A stretch of DNA of 32,554 nucleotides from an uncultured Pseudomonadota bacterium (GTDB taxonomy: Bacteria; Babelota; Babeliae; Babelales; UBA12409), in contig CAYSPS010000002.1 of the NCBI GenBank assembly GCA_964432975.1, positions 9,142 through 41,695 on the forward strand, in the 5' to 3' direction. Position numbers and translations under genes: made by a program. Each line of letters starts with the position of its first letter. Position 1 is the stretch's first letter. The notes beneath the pieces are model-generated. The model was not told the DNA's origin, searched no databases, and saw only the letters and a list, made by a program, of their open reading frames with translations. Below are positions 1-9,072 of the stretch, in pieces.

Positions 1-186
1 CTTAATTGACGCGACTGTCTGATCAATATCAACAACGATCCCTTTTTTTAGTCCATGCGACGGAACCTTGCCAACCCCTAAAATTTCCAATGGTCCACCA
101 TTGCGCACACGCGCAACTAAAACGCAGATTTTTGTGGTGCCGACATCGATCGACACCGTCATGCGTTCAGAAAAAACATTCGCCAT
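1..186 (-). CDS. ftsA: Cell division protein FtsA, N-terminal fragment (continues past the window start)
   Basis: Reverse-strand translation from ATG (complement of 184-186) gives MANVFSERMTVSIDVGTTKICVLVARVRNGGPLEILGVGKVPSHGLKKGIVVDIDQTVASIK. This is the actin-fold phosphate-1 motif (DVGTTK) and a typical FtsA N-terminus. It lies 4 nt downstream of the ftsQ-like gene. Confidence 0.8.
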   Translation of the reverse strand, partial: MANVFSERMTVSIDVGTTKICVLVARVRNGGPLEILGVGKVPSHGLKKGIVVDIDQTVASIK

Positions 187-190
187 CCCC

Positions 191-895
191 TCATCCCCCT
201 ATGTGCGACCCCACTATGATCTGACCCCTAAATCGCACATCTATCTCATCAAATTTTGTTTTTGGCATTGTTTGACGTGCATGCTGATATGCGCGCACGA
301 TTTGCTTAAACACTTTTTCGTCGGGAATTTGATCAAAGCGACCAAGCATGCTGTAGGGAAGCTCAGAAAGCTGAAAATAAATTTCGTATGGCGCGTGCCA
401 GGTAATAGAACATGATGCTAATAAGCTTTGTGGTATATCACGTACAAACCGTGCAAGTGCACGGTTGTCCACGTCAGAAAATTCCGTTGATGTATGCAAA
501 ACCGGAAGGTGTGCACACATCGATGCATCAAAACATTTTTGATGATACGCCCGACCATGTTCATCAAACACGTGAGTGTCGTTGAGCAGACATTTCAGTA
601 CCGCTGGTTCAACATACATAATGCGCATACCAGAACGATATGCACTGCGCACACGTGCAACTGCCGGGCAGTGTTGTACCAATAAGCGCGCAATATCGTG
701 TACATGATATGCAGAAATAGTATCAAGATACGTTTGCACCGCATGCGTATATTGATCAGAAAATACCGGACTTATCACAATAACGTGTATGGACACATGC
801 AGCTGTCGCACCAAATGCCAAACCACGCACCCAGCGACCATAAGCGTCAGGACGCCAAACAAAAGTTGCCAGAAATTTCGCCCCTTTTTGGCCAT
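191..895 (-). CDS. ftsQ: FtsQ/DivIB-like cell division protein (bitopic membrane protein)
   Basis: The ORF is 191..907; ATG at 895 (MAKKGRNFWQ...) is preferred over GTG at 907. It has a short basic N-terminus, one TM helix (FWQLLFGVLTLMVAGCVVW) and a periplasmic remainder. It sits immediately upstream of ftsA. The call rests on topology and synteny, not on a strong motif. Confidence 0.55.
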   Translation of the reverse strand: MAKKGRNFWQLLFGVLTLMVAGCVVWHLVRQLHVSIHVIVISPVFSDQYTHAVQTYLDTISAYHVHDIARLLVQHCPAVARVRSAYRSGMRIMYVEPAVLKCLLNDTHVFDEHGRAYHQKCFDASMCAHLPVLHTSTEFSDVDNRALARFVRDIPQSLLASCSITWHAPYEIYFQLSELPYSMLGRFDQIPDEKVFKQIVRAYQHARQTMPKTKFDEIDVRFRGQIIVGSHIGG

Positions 896-957
896 GCCAG
901 CCCCCACACGCGCATACGTGCGCGTTACCTGCTTTGGTTCTAGCGTACCTGCGCGCG

Positions 958-981
958 AAAAGTCAATAATTATTGACTTTT
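958..981. promoter_or_regulatory. 24-bp perfect palindrome AAAAGTCAATAATTATTGACTTTT in the divergent ftsQ / mini-protein intergenic region
   Basis: All 12 base pairs are self-complementary when checked base by base. The palindrome contains a TTGACT -35-like hexamer (973-978) and lies about 45 nt upstream of the ATG at 1025. The palindrome itself is certain; an operator/promoter function is inferred. Confidence 0.45.
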
Positions 982-1024
982 AAATTTAGATTAGCTTATT
1001 TTGAGGATAAGAAGGGAGATCGAT

Positions 1025-1180
1025 ATGGAAAAGCTATTTTTTACATTTTTGTTCACTGCAATGTGCACGTCAATTGTAGCTGGCTCAACACACGATGATG
1101 ACAGCAATTATTATTGCATGCAATGTTGTGCCACAGTGCACCCGCAAGATGAGTGTCGTGAATTCTGTCATTGTGGATAG
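1025..1180 (+). CDS. Small exported cysteine-rich protein (51 aa), family not recognised
   Basis: It is not in the ORF track because it is under 60 aa. AAGGGAG (1012-1018) lies 6 nt before the ATG. The product is MEKLFFTFLFTAMCTSIVAGSTHDDDSNYYCMQCCATVHPQDECREFCHCG, a Sec-like signal peptide followed by a roughly 31-aa mature part with 6 Cys. It is followed by an intrinsic terminator. Confidence 0.55.
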   Translation: MEKLFFTFLFTAMCTSIVAGSTHDDDSNYYCMQCCATVHPQDECREFCHCG

Positions 1181-1200
1181 CATAGTTAGTTTCCCTATCT

Positions 1201-1228
1201 GAGGTAAGCAGTACTTACCTCACTTTTT
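1201..1228 (+). terminator. Rho-independent terminator after the mini-protein gene
   Basis: The structure is GAGGTAAG-cagta-CTTACCTC (8-bp stem, 5-nt loop) followed by acTTTTT. Confidence 0.7.
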
Positions 1229-1269
1229 CAAATTTTTCTATACACTAATACGTGATCGGAGCATCACGT

Positions 1270-3120
1270 ATGACCAAGATTCATCTTTTGCCCCCTGCAG
1301 AAATTAATAAAATTGCTGCAGGGGAAGTTGTTGAGCGGCCAGCCAGTATTGTTAAAGAACTCATCGAAAATGCCCTTGATGCAGGTGCAACGCGCATTGA
1401 GGTGCAAATCAATAATGGCGGTAAAGACGGCATTCATGTTATAGATAATGGTTGTGGCATGTCGCCTGAAGATGCATTACTCGCCTGTGAGCAGCATGCA
1501 ACAAGCAAAATTGCTAGCATCGATGATCTTGCCCATACAACTTCGTACGGCTTTCGCGGAGAGGCACTTGCAAGTATTGCCGCCGTGAGTACATTGCAAC
1601 TCACCACGCGCGAATCAACTGCACAACTTGGCACTCAAATTTTTTGGGAAAATGGCGTTATAAAAAAACAAGAAGATGTTGCATATCCTGCTGGCACGCG
1701 CATAAGCGTACAAAACCTTTTTGATGTCATACCAGCACGTAAAAAATTTCTCAAAACTACAGAAACTGAATTTTATCAAATACAACAGTTGATGCATGCA
1801 TACGCATATGCGCATCATACCGTGCATATTAAATTTTTGCACAACGATCGGCTCGTGTACAATGTGCCACCGACTACGCAAAAAAAAGATCGAATTGCAC
1901 AACTGTGGGACGCATATAGCATACAACACCTGTTAACAATCGATGAAACATCACCAACAGCGCATGCACATGTACATGGCTTTGTAAGCGACCACATGTA
2001 TGGACGTTATAACAGCGCACAAATTTTTGTTTTTGCCAACAATCGTTGGATTAAAAATCAATCACTCGTGCGTGCAATTATCAAAGGCTACCGCCACGTA
2101 CACCAGCCAGGTAAGTACCCGGCGGCAATTTTGTTTATCGAAACCGATCAAACATTGCTTGATATAAACATCCACCCGCGCAAAGAAGATGTGCGTTTTG
2201 TGCATGTACGCGCACTTGAAAATTTTACTCAAAATGCTATTCAAACACAACTTGAAACACTGGTGCGGCAACACTTGCATGCACCTATAAATCAGCAAGC
2301 TCCAATATCAAATATCTCTACAGCAAGACAAGCCTCGAGTACTGCGCAATTTTATACGCCCTCACAAACACAAGCACCAAACACACAGCCAGAAGAAAAG
2401 CTTGCATCAACTAATCTAAATTGCTCAGAACAAAAAAAAACTGAAATTACGTCTGAATATATCCAACAAAATATTAAAACTAACACAAGCAAATCAGTTG
2501 AAGCTGTACCCGTCATTCTTGGACAATATGCGCACACATATATCATGCTTGAACACGAGCATGGACTCGTTTTTGTTGATCAACATGCCGCGCACGAGCG
2601 CATAATTTACGAACAGCTTGAAAAAAATTTTCAACATATTGAAACAATACCATTATTATTTCCTCATACCATTCATGCAAACACGCATGATGTAAATTTA
2701 TTTGAACAACGCCAAGAAATTTTTGCGCAACATGGCATTATTGGACATACACTTGGCCCAGATAGCATCTGTATCAGCGCACTTTCCTGGTATGCAAAAA
2801 ACAGCACGTTATCAGAGCTTATACTCTCGATTCTTGATCATATACGCCAGCAAGACGTGCATGAAGTGCATGCTCTACACACCATGATCCGCACACGTAT
2901 GTCGTGCGCAGCAGCAGTCAAAGCCGGTGACTTGTTGACCCAAGAAAAAATGACTGAAATCATTACAAATCTTGCATCATGCACAAATAATCTTACGTGC
3001 CCACATGGACGACCAACAACGTGGCTTTTGCCGCTGCAAGAGCTTAAAAAGAAATTCAAACGTGATTACGCATCTGACAATACACAAAATCTACTTTTTA
3101 CGCGCTTGACGACTGATTAA
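1270..3120 (+). CDS. mutL: DNA mismatch repair protein MutL (endonuclease-type)
   Basis: GHKL ATPase motifs are present (EVVERPASIVKELIENALDAGAT, DNGCGM, GFRGEALASI). A Q/S/T-rich linker is followed by a C-terminal domain carrying the endonuclease motif DQHAAHERIIYE. ATG at 1270 is preferred to GTG at 1252. Confidence 0.95.
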   Translation: MTKIHLLPPAEINKIAAGEVVERPASIVKELIENALDAGATRIEVQINNGGKDGIHVIDNGCGMSPEDALLACEQHATSKIASIDDLAHTTSYGFRGEALASIAAVSTLQLTTRESTAQLGTQIFWENGVIKKQEDVAYPAGTRISVQNLFDVIPARKKFLKTTETEFYQIQQLMHAYAYAHHTVHIKFLHNDRLVYNVPPTTQKKDRIAQLWDAYSIQHLLTIDETSPTAHAHVHGFVSDHMYGRYNSAQIFVFANNRWIKNQSLVRAIIKGYRHVHQPGKYPAAILFIETDQTLLDINIHPRKEDVRFVHVRALENFTQNAIQTQLETLVRQHLHAPINQQAPISNISTARQASSTAQFYTPSQTQAPNTQPEEKLASTNLNCSEQKKTEITSEYIQQNIKTNTSKSVEAVPVILGQYAHTYIMLEHEHGLVFVDQHAAHERIIYEQLEKNFQHIETIPLLFPHTIHANTHDVNLFEQRQEIFAQHGIIGHTLGPDSICISALSWYAKNSTLSELILSILDHIRQQDVHEVHALHTMIRTRMSCAAAVKAGDLLTQEKMTEIITNLASCTNNLTCPHGRPTTWLLPLQELKKKFKRDYASDNTQNLLFTRLTTD

Positions 3121-5022
3121 TTTAATTAATCGCTCAGGTTTCATTGTTGTTGCTTCTGCAGACCACCAACGATCTGGTTCATATTTTTGCCCAATGCGCG
3201 AAACGCGACTATACCACAACCCATCATGCATTTGAGCAATTTTGTTAATACGAGCAATATCACGCGTATGATTAAAATGTGACAATAACACATTAGTAAC
3301 ATGAAATGCATTAATGGTTTGCGCTTGCCACCAATCAGCATGTCCATAATAATTTATATTATTTGTGAACCAAAGCACAGGATTACGCATATCAGAAAAC
3401 CCACGCAATAACCCTTTGTAAAACCACGTATCAAAAGGTGCAGCAGTGTATACGGCAATCATGGCGCATGCGGCAACTTTTTTAATATCTTCTTTGATCG
3501 TCAGAGCAAGTTGATACGCTGCATATTCCAGCGTAAACAAATACGCATCAAATTTATTATGTTCAAGTATATATGTAACGCGCGCAGCTGGCGTGTGTTG
3601 AGCATCTTCTTCTTCATTGGAACAAAAATGGTGCCATGCACTGTCACTAAAATCAATTAAATTAGTATAGTATGGCATCGCATCTTTATTATTCCAAAAA
3701 TAAAGGTTAAAAAGCACACCATCGATTGGCAAGCAACTTCCAATATTTGCTCTCCAACGATCAAAAATACTTTTCATAACAGTTAAGATCGATGGACGCC
3801 AAAACTGTTCATAATCAAGTGGTGCAGGAATTTTTTCGTAGGATGCACCATATACATCAACGGGATGCGTTGCAAGTTTACACCAAGAAAGTGTTGCCGC
3901 TACGTCAAAATCAAGAAATATTTTGGGAAATTCTTTATTAATTTTTTTGTATGCATGCACAAGCCGCTGGGTAAAATATTTTACCCGCTCATCAAACTTT
4001 TTTTGGTCCCCATACAATGACATGGGCAATTCAAGCCACAACATATCAAAGTCAGTTTGCGCAATAAAGGCACAATTGCGCGACACAAGATCATGATCGT
4101 CATCAATGCCCATCCAGCCACAACAAATACCATTGCTCGTCCATTGATACACGCCTTTTTGATCTTTGTAGATTGCAGAATTGGTACGATAACGCACGCG
4201 TTCACTGACCAGGTCATTAAGCACATCATAATGCATACGTAATGGACGCAACTGTCGTTCATGCATGAGCGCGGCACACACATCTGCGCATGTTGCAGCA
4301 TTTATACGTAATAATTGTCGTCGCTGCCCAATGTCAAGCGGATTACGCATTCCTTGTTCGGTTAAATCACAAAAAGACATTTGCGCGCGAGCACTGAGTA
4401 TGACACGTGCTGTGTCTGTTTTAATAAGCACAGCGACGGGCACATTATTTGCCAGTAGACGTGCAACACCCATGCGAGGCAAATACTCAACTCCATCAAG
4501 ATGTCTTTTAATCGATACACGCACACGCGCCCCAGAACCACATGTAGTTGTGTACAATGGTCGTGCATGCACATAATGGTCAATAAACTGAGCGGCCGCC
4601 GGCTTTATAAGTGGCGAAGATATATTCAAATGTGAACATAACGAGCGCACCAGATCGGCACCATTGCATTCAAAGGCACGATCTGGCAGCAATAACCACA
4701 AAAACTTTTTCTCAGAGCTCATAAATTTTTTGAGTGGTTCAATGACGAGTTGAGCATATGTGCTCTCCTGATGCATTAAAAACTGCTCATCAAGCGCAAG
4801 AATTACACCATCGCAACCGCACAAATCGCGATTCATAAGCATGGATGGATGTTCATATATAATTGATATGCCAGCCGCTTCAGCCAAGCAAATAAACGTT
4901 TGATAGTTGCGCGCACTCGTGTGTGTCGTATCCACAAATAACCATTGCGTACTGACGGTAAGCGAACGCGCTACAAGTGTATATACGCCACTAACCAACA
5001 ACAATCGCGCAACGAACTTCAC
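3091..5022 (-). CDS. Large exported protein of unknown function (643 aa)
   Basis: This is a long uninterrupted ORF with a GTG start preceded by GGAG. The N-terminus is hydrophobic and signal-like (MKFVARLLLVSGVYTLVARS). The W/Y/F/D-rich C-terminal half may be a glycoside-hydrolase-like or other enzyme fold, but no motif could be named with confidence. The 3' end overlaps the mutL 3' end by 30 nt (convergent). Confidence 0.75.
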   Translation of the reverse strand: MKFVARLLLVSGVYTLVARSLTVSTQWLFVDTTHTSARNYQTFICLAEAAGISIIYEHPSMLMNRDLCGCDGVILALDEQFLMHQESTYAQLVIEPLKKFMSSEKKFLWLLLPDRAFECNGADLVRSLCSHLNISSPLIKPAAAQFIDHYVHARPLYTTTCGSGARVRVSIKRHLDGVEYLPRMGVARLLANNVPVAVLIKTDTARVILSARAQMSFCDLTEQGMRNPLDIGQRRQLLRINAATCADVCAALMHERQLRPLRMHYDVLNDLVSERVRYRTNSAIYKDQKGVYQWTSNGICCGWMGIDDDHDLVSRNCAFIAQTDFDMLWLELPMSLYGDQKKFDERVKYFTQRLVHAYKKINKEFPKIFLDFDVAATLSWCKLATHPVDVYGASYEKIPAPLDYEQFWRPSILTVMKSIFDRWRANIGSCLPIDGVLFNLYFWNNKDAMPYYTNLIDFSDSAWHHFCSNEEEDAQHTPAARVTYILEHNKFDAYLFTLEYAAYQLALTIKEDIKKVAACAMIAVYTAAPFDTWFYKGLLRGFSDMRNPVLWFTNNINYYGHADWWQAQTINAFHVTNVLLSHFNHTRDIARINKIAQMHDGLWYSRVSRIGQKYEPDRWWSAEATTMKPERLIKLISRQARKK

Positions 5023-5031
5023 AACAAACTC

Positions 5032-5250
5032 CTACGCTATATCGAGCCACTCTTTAATTGTGGCAAACCATGCCATAATAGGCACCCATAACGGTGGCAA
5101 TGCAAGAAACTTACGACCATAATTAATAGCAATCAAACCTGCCAATGCCGCGCCGAGACGCACGAGCCACCAACCGCAAAAAACAACAAGCAATGCACAG
5201 CCAAGTACAACCCAAAAAACACCTTGAACCTGTTTACCAGTTACTGGCAT
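5032..5250 (-). CDS. Small membrane protein (72 aa, two predicted TM helices)
   Basis: A strong RBS (GGAGA) lies about 5 nt upstream of the ATG. Hydrophobic segments are VFWVVLGCALLVVFCGWWLV and AALAGLIAINY. Its stop is 9 nt from the start of the 643-aa gene, so the two are a likely operon. Confidence 0.6.
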   Translation of the reverse strand: MPVTGKQVQGVFWVVLGCALLVVFCGWWLVRLGAALAGLIAINYGRKFLALPPLWVPIMAWFATIKEWLDIA

Positions 5251-5384
5251 AAAATCTCCTTTTCACATAAGTTTAATTCTTCTTCTGTAGTTTTATAAAA
5301 AAAGTACTTCTGGTAAAGAGCCTCGCATAAAATATATTGCTCACACATATAAAAAAGTACTACCGTAAAAAGGGGGAACCACGT

Positions 5385-5768
5385 ATGAAAAGTTTACAAG
5401 TGCTCTTTTTGGCAGGCTTATTTTTAATAGTACGCGCAGATTATTATGATTGGCTATCACCAGAAGATTGTGAAGATAAACACGGAAAAGTTGATCTCAA
5501 ATTTTATTGTTGGGGAACTCACTATCCCGATGACGTTTGCTGTAAATTACATGAAAATTCTACGTTAGCAGTTGGCCAAGTGCCTGAGAAAAATACTGGC
5601 CAAATGCCAATACAAACAAACCAAGATGTTGTCAATGTTTTAGGAGCACAATTGACAGCCATGACACAAAAGATAACCGATGCAATCAATGCACTCGGAC
5701 AAAAGCTTGAAGCACTAGTAAAACCAGCCAAATCTGCCACAGCTGAGCAAAAAAAACCGGCCCAGTAA
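5385..5768 (+). CDS. Exported protein of unknown function (127 aa), Cys-containing N-terminal module and coiled-coil-like tail
   Basis: ATG at 5385 is preceded by AAGGGGGA. The signal peptide is MKSLQVLFLAGLFLIVRA. The mature part starts DYYDWLSPEDCEDKHGKVDLKFYCWGTHYPDDVCCKLHEN and has an A/K/Q-rich helical tail. Confidence 0.7.
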   Translation: MKSLQVLFLAGLFLIVRADYYDWLSPEDCEDKHGKVDLKFYCWGTHYPDDVCCKLHENSTLAVGQVPEKNTGQMPIQTNQDVVNVLGAQLTAMTQKITDAINALGQKLEALVKPAKSATAEQKKPAQ

Positions 5769-5840
5769 CGTTTTACACGAGCGCAACGTTCCAGTATTCT
5801 AATAAAGAGGCTTATAAAAGCGTCCTGCGCAAGGTGTATT

Positions 5841-8144
5841 ATGAAAATATCGGTATCCTGGGTTTTTGAACATATTGCAGCCGACTGGCAAACATATAGT
5901 GTAAAAGATCTCGTGCAATCTTTTACACAAACAACGGCTGAAATTGAGAATTTTTACCCATTACAAATACCCCTTGAAAGTTTGTTTTTGGTGCGCGTCA
6001 TTGCCATTCAAAACCATACGATTGTTGATATTCCAGAACTACAACAACAAGCAGAACTTCCTGTGCGCACGGATGCACACAAAAAAGACTGGTTTTTGAT
6101 TAAAAAAGTTTCTGAAGGTTTTGTGTGGGCAGGCCTGCGTGATTTTGGGCACGCAAGTAGTGGCGATCTCATGCCAGCATTGCAGTGCGCCCCTGCTTTG
6201 CGTTCAGGCGCTTGGAAAAAACAGATTGTTGCTCACGATTATATTATTGATGTAAATAATACGGCAATCACAAATCGGCCAGATTTATGGGGCGCACGCG
6301 GAATTGCGTGCGAGTTTGCCGCAATTATCGACAAACCACTCATTCCCATTAAAAAATTTTTGCGCGCGCACACGCTTCATGAAGTATCGCCGACAGATAA
6401 TTTACCATTTTCAATTGCCAATCGTGCGCCTGATGCATGCAAACAATTTGCTGGACTTTATTTACAAGATGTGCACAATACCGCAAGCCCGCTTGCCATG
6501 GCATTGCGCCTGTGTAGCATCGATCAACGTCCTATTGATGCCCTCGTAGATACAACAAATTATGTCATGTTTGACCTGAGCCAACCAATGCACGCATTTG
6601 ATGCAGCTCACCTTGCGCACACGCATCTTGAACCACGCAAGGCACAAGAAGGCACCGATTTAACGCTCCTTGATGGCACTACAATCAAACTTTCAGCCCA
6701 AGACTTAATTATCAGCGATGGAACGCAGCCTGTCAGCCTTGCCGGCATTATGGGCGGGGCTCAAAGTGCCGTAAATGCATCCACGAAAAATGTACTTATT
6801 GAATCAGCAATTTTTGATGGCGCCACAGTTCGGTTGAGTGCTGCACGACACAAACTACGTACCCAGGCATCAATTCGCTTTGAAAAAGAACTCGATGAAA
6901 CACAAAATATCACGGCCTTGCAACGACTCCTGAAGATACTCAAGCAGGCGCATGTACCATATAACTGTACACAACCAATTTTATGTGTTACACGCCCCAT
7001 TAAATCAGCAAGCATTTCGTGTACACCCGATCTATTCGATCACGAACTAGGCGTACATATTGCACCAGCATTTGTTAAAAAGACACTCAAAAAAATCGGG
7101 TTTCATGTGCACGGTAAAAACCCATTAATTGTCGATGTTCCATCATGGCGTGCAACCAAAGATATTACACAACCGTGTGACGTGGTTGAAGAAATAGGCA
7201 GATTTTACGGATATAACAATATTCCAAAAATTTTGCCGACGCGTGCAATGACAACCAATGACAATTCGCCCTTTCTGCGTCGTCGAAAACTCAAGCAACA
7301 TTGTGCTTTTGGCATGCACATGCATGAAGTCTATAACTATCCATTTTTTAATGAAACGTGGCTTGCACGTTTGCACTACAACCCAGAACAATGCGTTATC
7401 GCAAAAAATCCACTCTCACGCAATGTCACGCGATTGGTAACTTCGCTCATTCCACATTTGTTACAAAACGTCGAGCAAAACATACATAAAGCAACTCATC
7501 TTCAATTTTTTGAACTCAATCGCACCTGGCACATGCACGAACAAAAACCACAAGAACATCTGTCACTTGCCGGCGTTATGTGGCAACCAAATGCACATAT
7601 GTTTTATCAAAGTAAAAGTGAACTCACTTCACTTTTTAACGTTTTAGGCTTAAAAATATATTGGGAAAAACCCTCTGAAAAACTTGCCCCATGGTATGAT
7701 GCCACACAGACCGCAGTTCTTAGACATAATAAAAAAATTATCGGGCTTGCGGGAATGCTCGACATGCGCTGGGCGGGCATTATTGGTAATGGCAATGCAT
7801 TTATTTTTGAGTTAGATGCTCATTACTTGTGTACGTGTCCACTTACCACGCATACCTTTGTGCCACTTTCGCCATATCCATATCTTTACTTTGACGTCAG
7901 CATGCTTGCACCGCTTACACTCACGGTTGCCTATTTACAAGACTTCATTAAAACCATTGATCCACGTATTTATTCGGTGCAATTAATTGATTTGTTTAAC
8001 AAAAAAGAGTGGGAAAACGAACGTTCTTTAACATTCCGCTACTTCATGCGTGATGAACATAAAACCCTTACAAAATCAGAGGGGGATGAGATACACGCAC
8101 GTGTTGTTGCTGCGCTACAAACTAGTGGAGCGACCATTCGATGA
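5841..8144 (+). CDS. pheT: Phenylalanine--tRNA ligase beta subunit
   Basis: The 767-aa product has the typical N-terminus MKISVSWVFEHI, internal motifs NRPDLWG, MHAFDAAHL and LAGIMGG, and a C-terminal anticodon-binding-like segment ERSLTFRYFMRDEHKTLT. No pheS gene is adjacent. Confidence 0.95.
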   Translation: MKISVSWVFEHIAADWQTYSVKDLVQSFTQTTAEIENFYPLQIPLESLFLVRVIAIQNHTIVDIPELQQQAELPVRTDAHKKDWFLIKKVSEGFVWAGLRDFGHASSGDLMPALQCAPALRSGAWKKQIVAHDYIIDVNNTAITNRPDLWGARGIACEFAAIIDKPLIPIKKFLRAHTLHEVSPTDNLPFSIANRAPDACKQFAGLYLQDVHNTASPLAMALRLCSIDQRPIDALVDTTNYVMFDLSQPMHAFDAAHLAHTHLEPRKAQEGTDLTLLDGTTIKLSAQDLIISDGTQPVSLAGIMGGAQSAVNASTKNVLIESAIFDGATVRLSAARHKLRTQASIRFEKELDETQNITALQRLLKILKQAHVPYNCTQPILCVTRPIKSASISCTPDLFDHELGVHIAPAFVKKTLKKIGFHVHGKNPLIVDVPSWRATKDITQPCDVVEEIGRFYGYNNIPKILPTRAMTTNDNSPFLRRRKLKQHCAFGMHMHEVYNYPFFNETWLARLHYNPEQCVIAKNPLSRNVTRLVTSLIPHLLQNVEQNIHKATHLQFFELNRTWHMHEQKPQEHLSLAGVMWQPNAHMFYQSKSELTSLFNVLGLKIYWEKPSEKLAPWYDATQTAVLRHNKKIIGLAGMLDMRWAGIIGNGNAFIFELDAHYLCTCPLTTHTFVPLSPYPYLYFDVSMLAPLTLTVAYLQDFIKTIDPRIYSVQLIDLFNKKEWENERSLTFRYFMRDEHKTLTKSEGDEIHARVVAALQTSGATIR

Positions 8145-8602
8145 CATACCACCAAAAAACATACGTAACTATTTTTACCGGAATTCTTATTTTTCTTGCC
8201 GACCGCATGAGCAAATATTGGGCACTTAATTTTTTGCCACAACCCCTGAATCCAACACCGTGGTTAGGCTTTACGCCAACACTCAATCGCGGCATATCAT
8301 TTGGTGCATTTGATTCAAACAATTTTTTCACTTTTGTATTCATCAGCGCATTGGTGATCATATTGCTCTATTTTGTATTCACACTTGCCTATAAAGATTA
8401 TCTTTCTCACCGGTGCATTCTGGGACATGCCTTGGTACTTGCTGGTGGTTTATCAAACTTACTCGATCGCACACTCTATCATGGTGTCATCGATTTTATT
8501 GCCCTTTCATATCATGGCTGGCAGTGGCCCACATTTAACATTGCTGATATTGCAATCACGATTGGTGTTTTAATCATCACAATACAAAATATACGCTCAT
8601 GA
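8141..8602 (+). CDS. lspA: Lipoprotein signal peptidase (signal peptidase II)
   Basis: The product is a four-TM protein with motifs NRGISFG, LDRTLYHGVIDFI and FNIADIAITIG. Its start overlaps the pheT stop in an ATGA overlap. Confidence 0.9.
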   Translation: MTYHQKTYVTIFTGILIFLADRMSKYWALNFLPQPLNPTPWLGFTPTLNRGISFGAFDSNNFFTFVFISALVIILLYFVFTLAYKDYLSHRCILGHALVLAGGLSNLLDRTLYHGVIDFIALSYHGWQWPTFNIADIAITIGVLIITIQNIRS

Positions 8603-9072
8603 ACTATGTTAAACTTGCACATGCAATCGCAACGCTTGGACCAATAGGTCATTTGCCAGCTCCTGGCACAGCAGCAACGCTCGTGTGCATGGGAACTCTG
8701 CTATTTTTGGGAAAACTTGGTTTGCCAACCGGTGCCCTTGTCTGGGCTCTCGTGCCGCTCGTGGGCCTTGGTATGATTATTGTTCATGGTGCATTACAGA
8801 CGCTTACAGATCATGATCCACAAGAAATTGTGTTTGATGAGATACTCGGCTATTGCCTGGCGCAAAGCATTTTTCCGCTCAGTTTCTTTTGGCTTGCTAG
8901 TGGCATGATTATTTTTCGCGTACTTGATATTTTAAAACCACTGGGCATCAAACGTTGTGAGCATTTTGAAGGCGCAGCTGGTATCATTTGCGACGATCTT
9001 TTAGCAGGATTTTATACACAAATCGTGCTTATTGCCACACGTATCGGACTTGAAGTATGGTTTGGCTATTAA
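8599..9072 (+). CDS. pgpA: Phosphatidylglycerophosphatase A
   Basis: PgpA-like motifs are present: GTAATL near the N-terminus, DPQEIVFDEILGY and FRVLDILKP. Its start overlaps the lspA stop in an ATGA overlap. Confidence 0.85.
   Translation: MNYVKLAHAIATLGPIGHLPAPGTAATLVCMGTLLFLGKLGLPTGALVWALVPLVGLGMIIVHGALQTLTDHDPQEIVFDEILGYCLAQSIFPLSFFWLASGMIIFRVLDILKPLGIKRCEHFEGAAGIICDDLLAGFYTQIVLIATRIGLEVWFGY

Noticed and set aside
1252-1269. A GTG start at 1252 for mutL.
   Set aside because: ATG at 1270 gives the canonical MutL N-terminus (MTKIHLLPPAEINKIAAGEVVERP). The six extra residues have no support.
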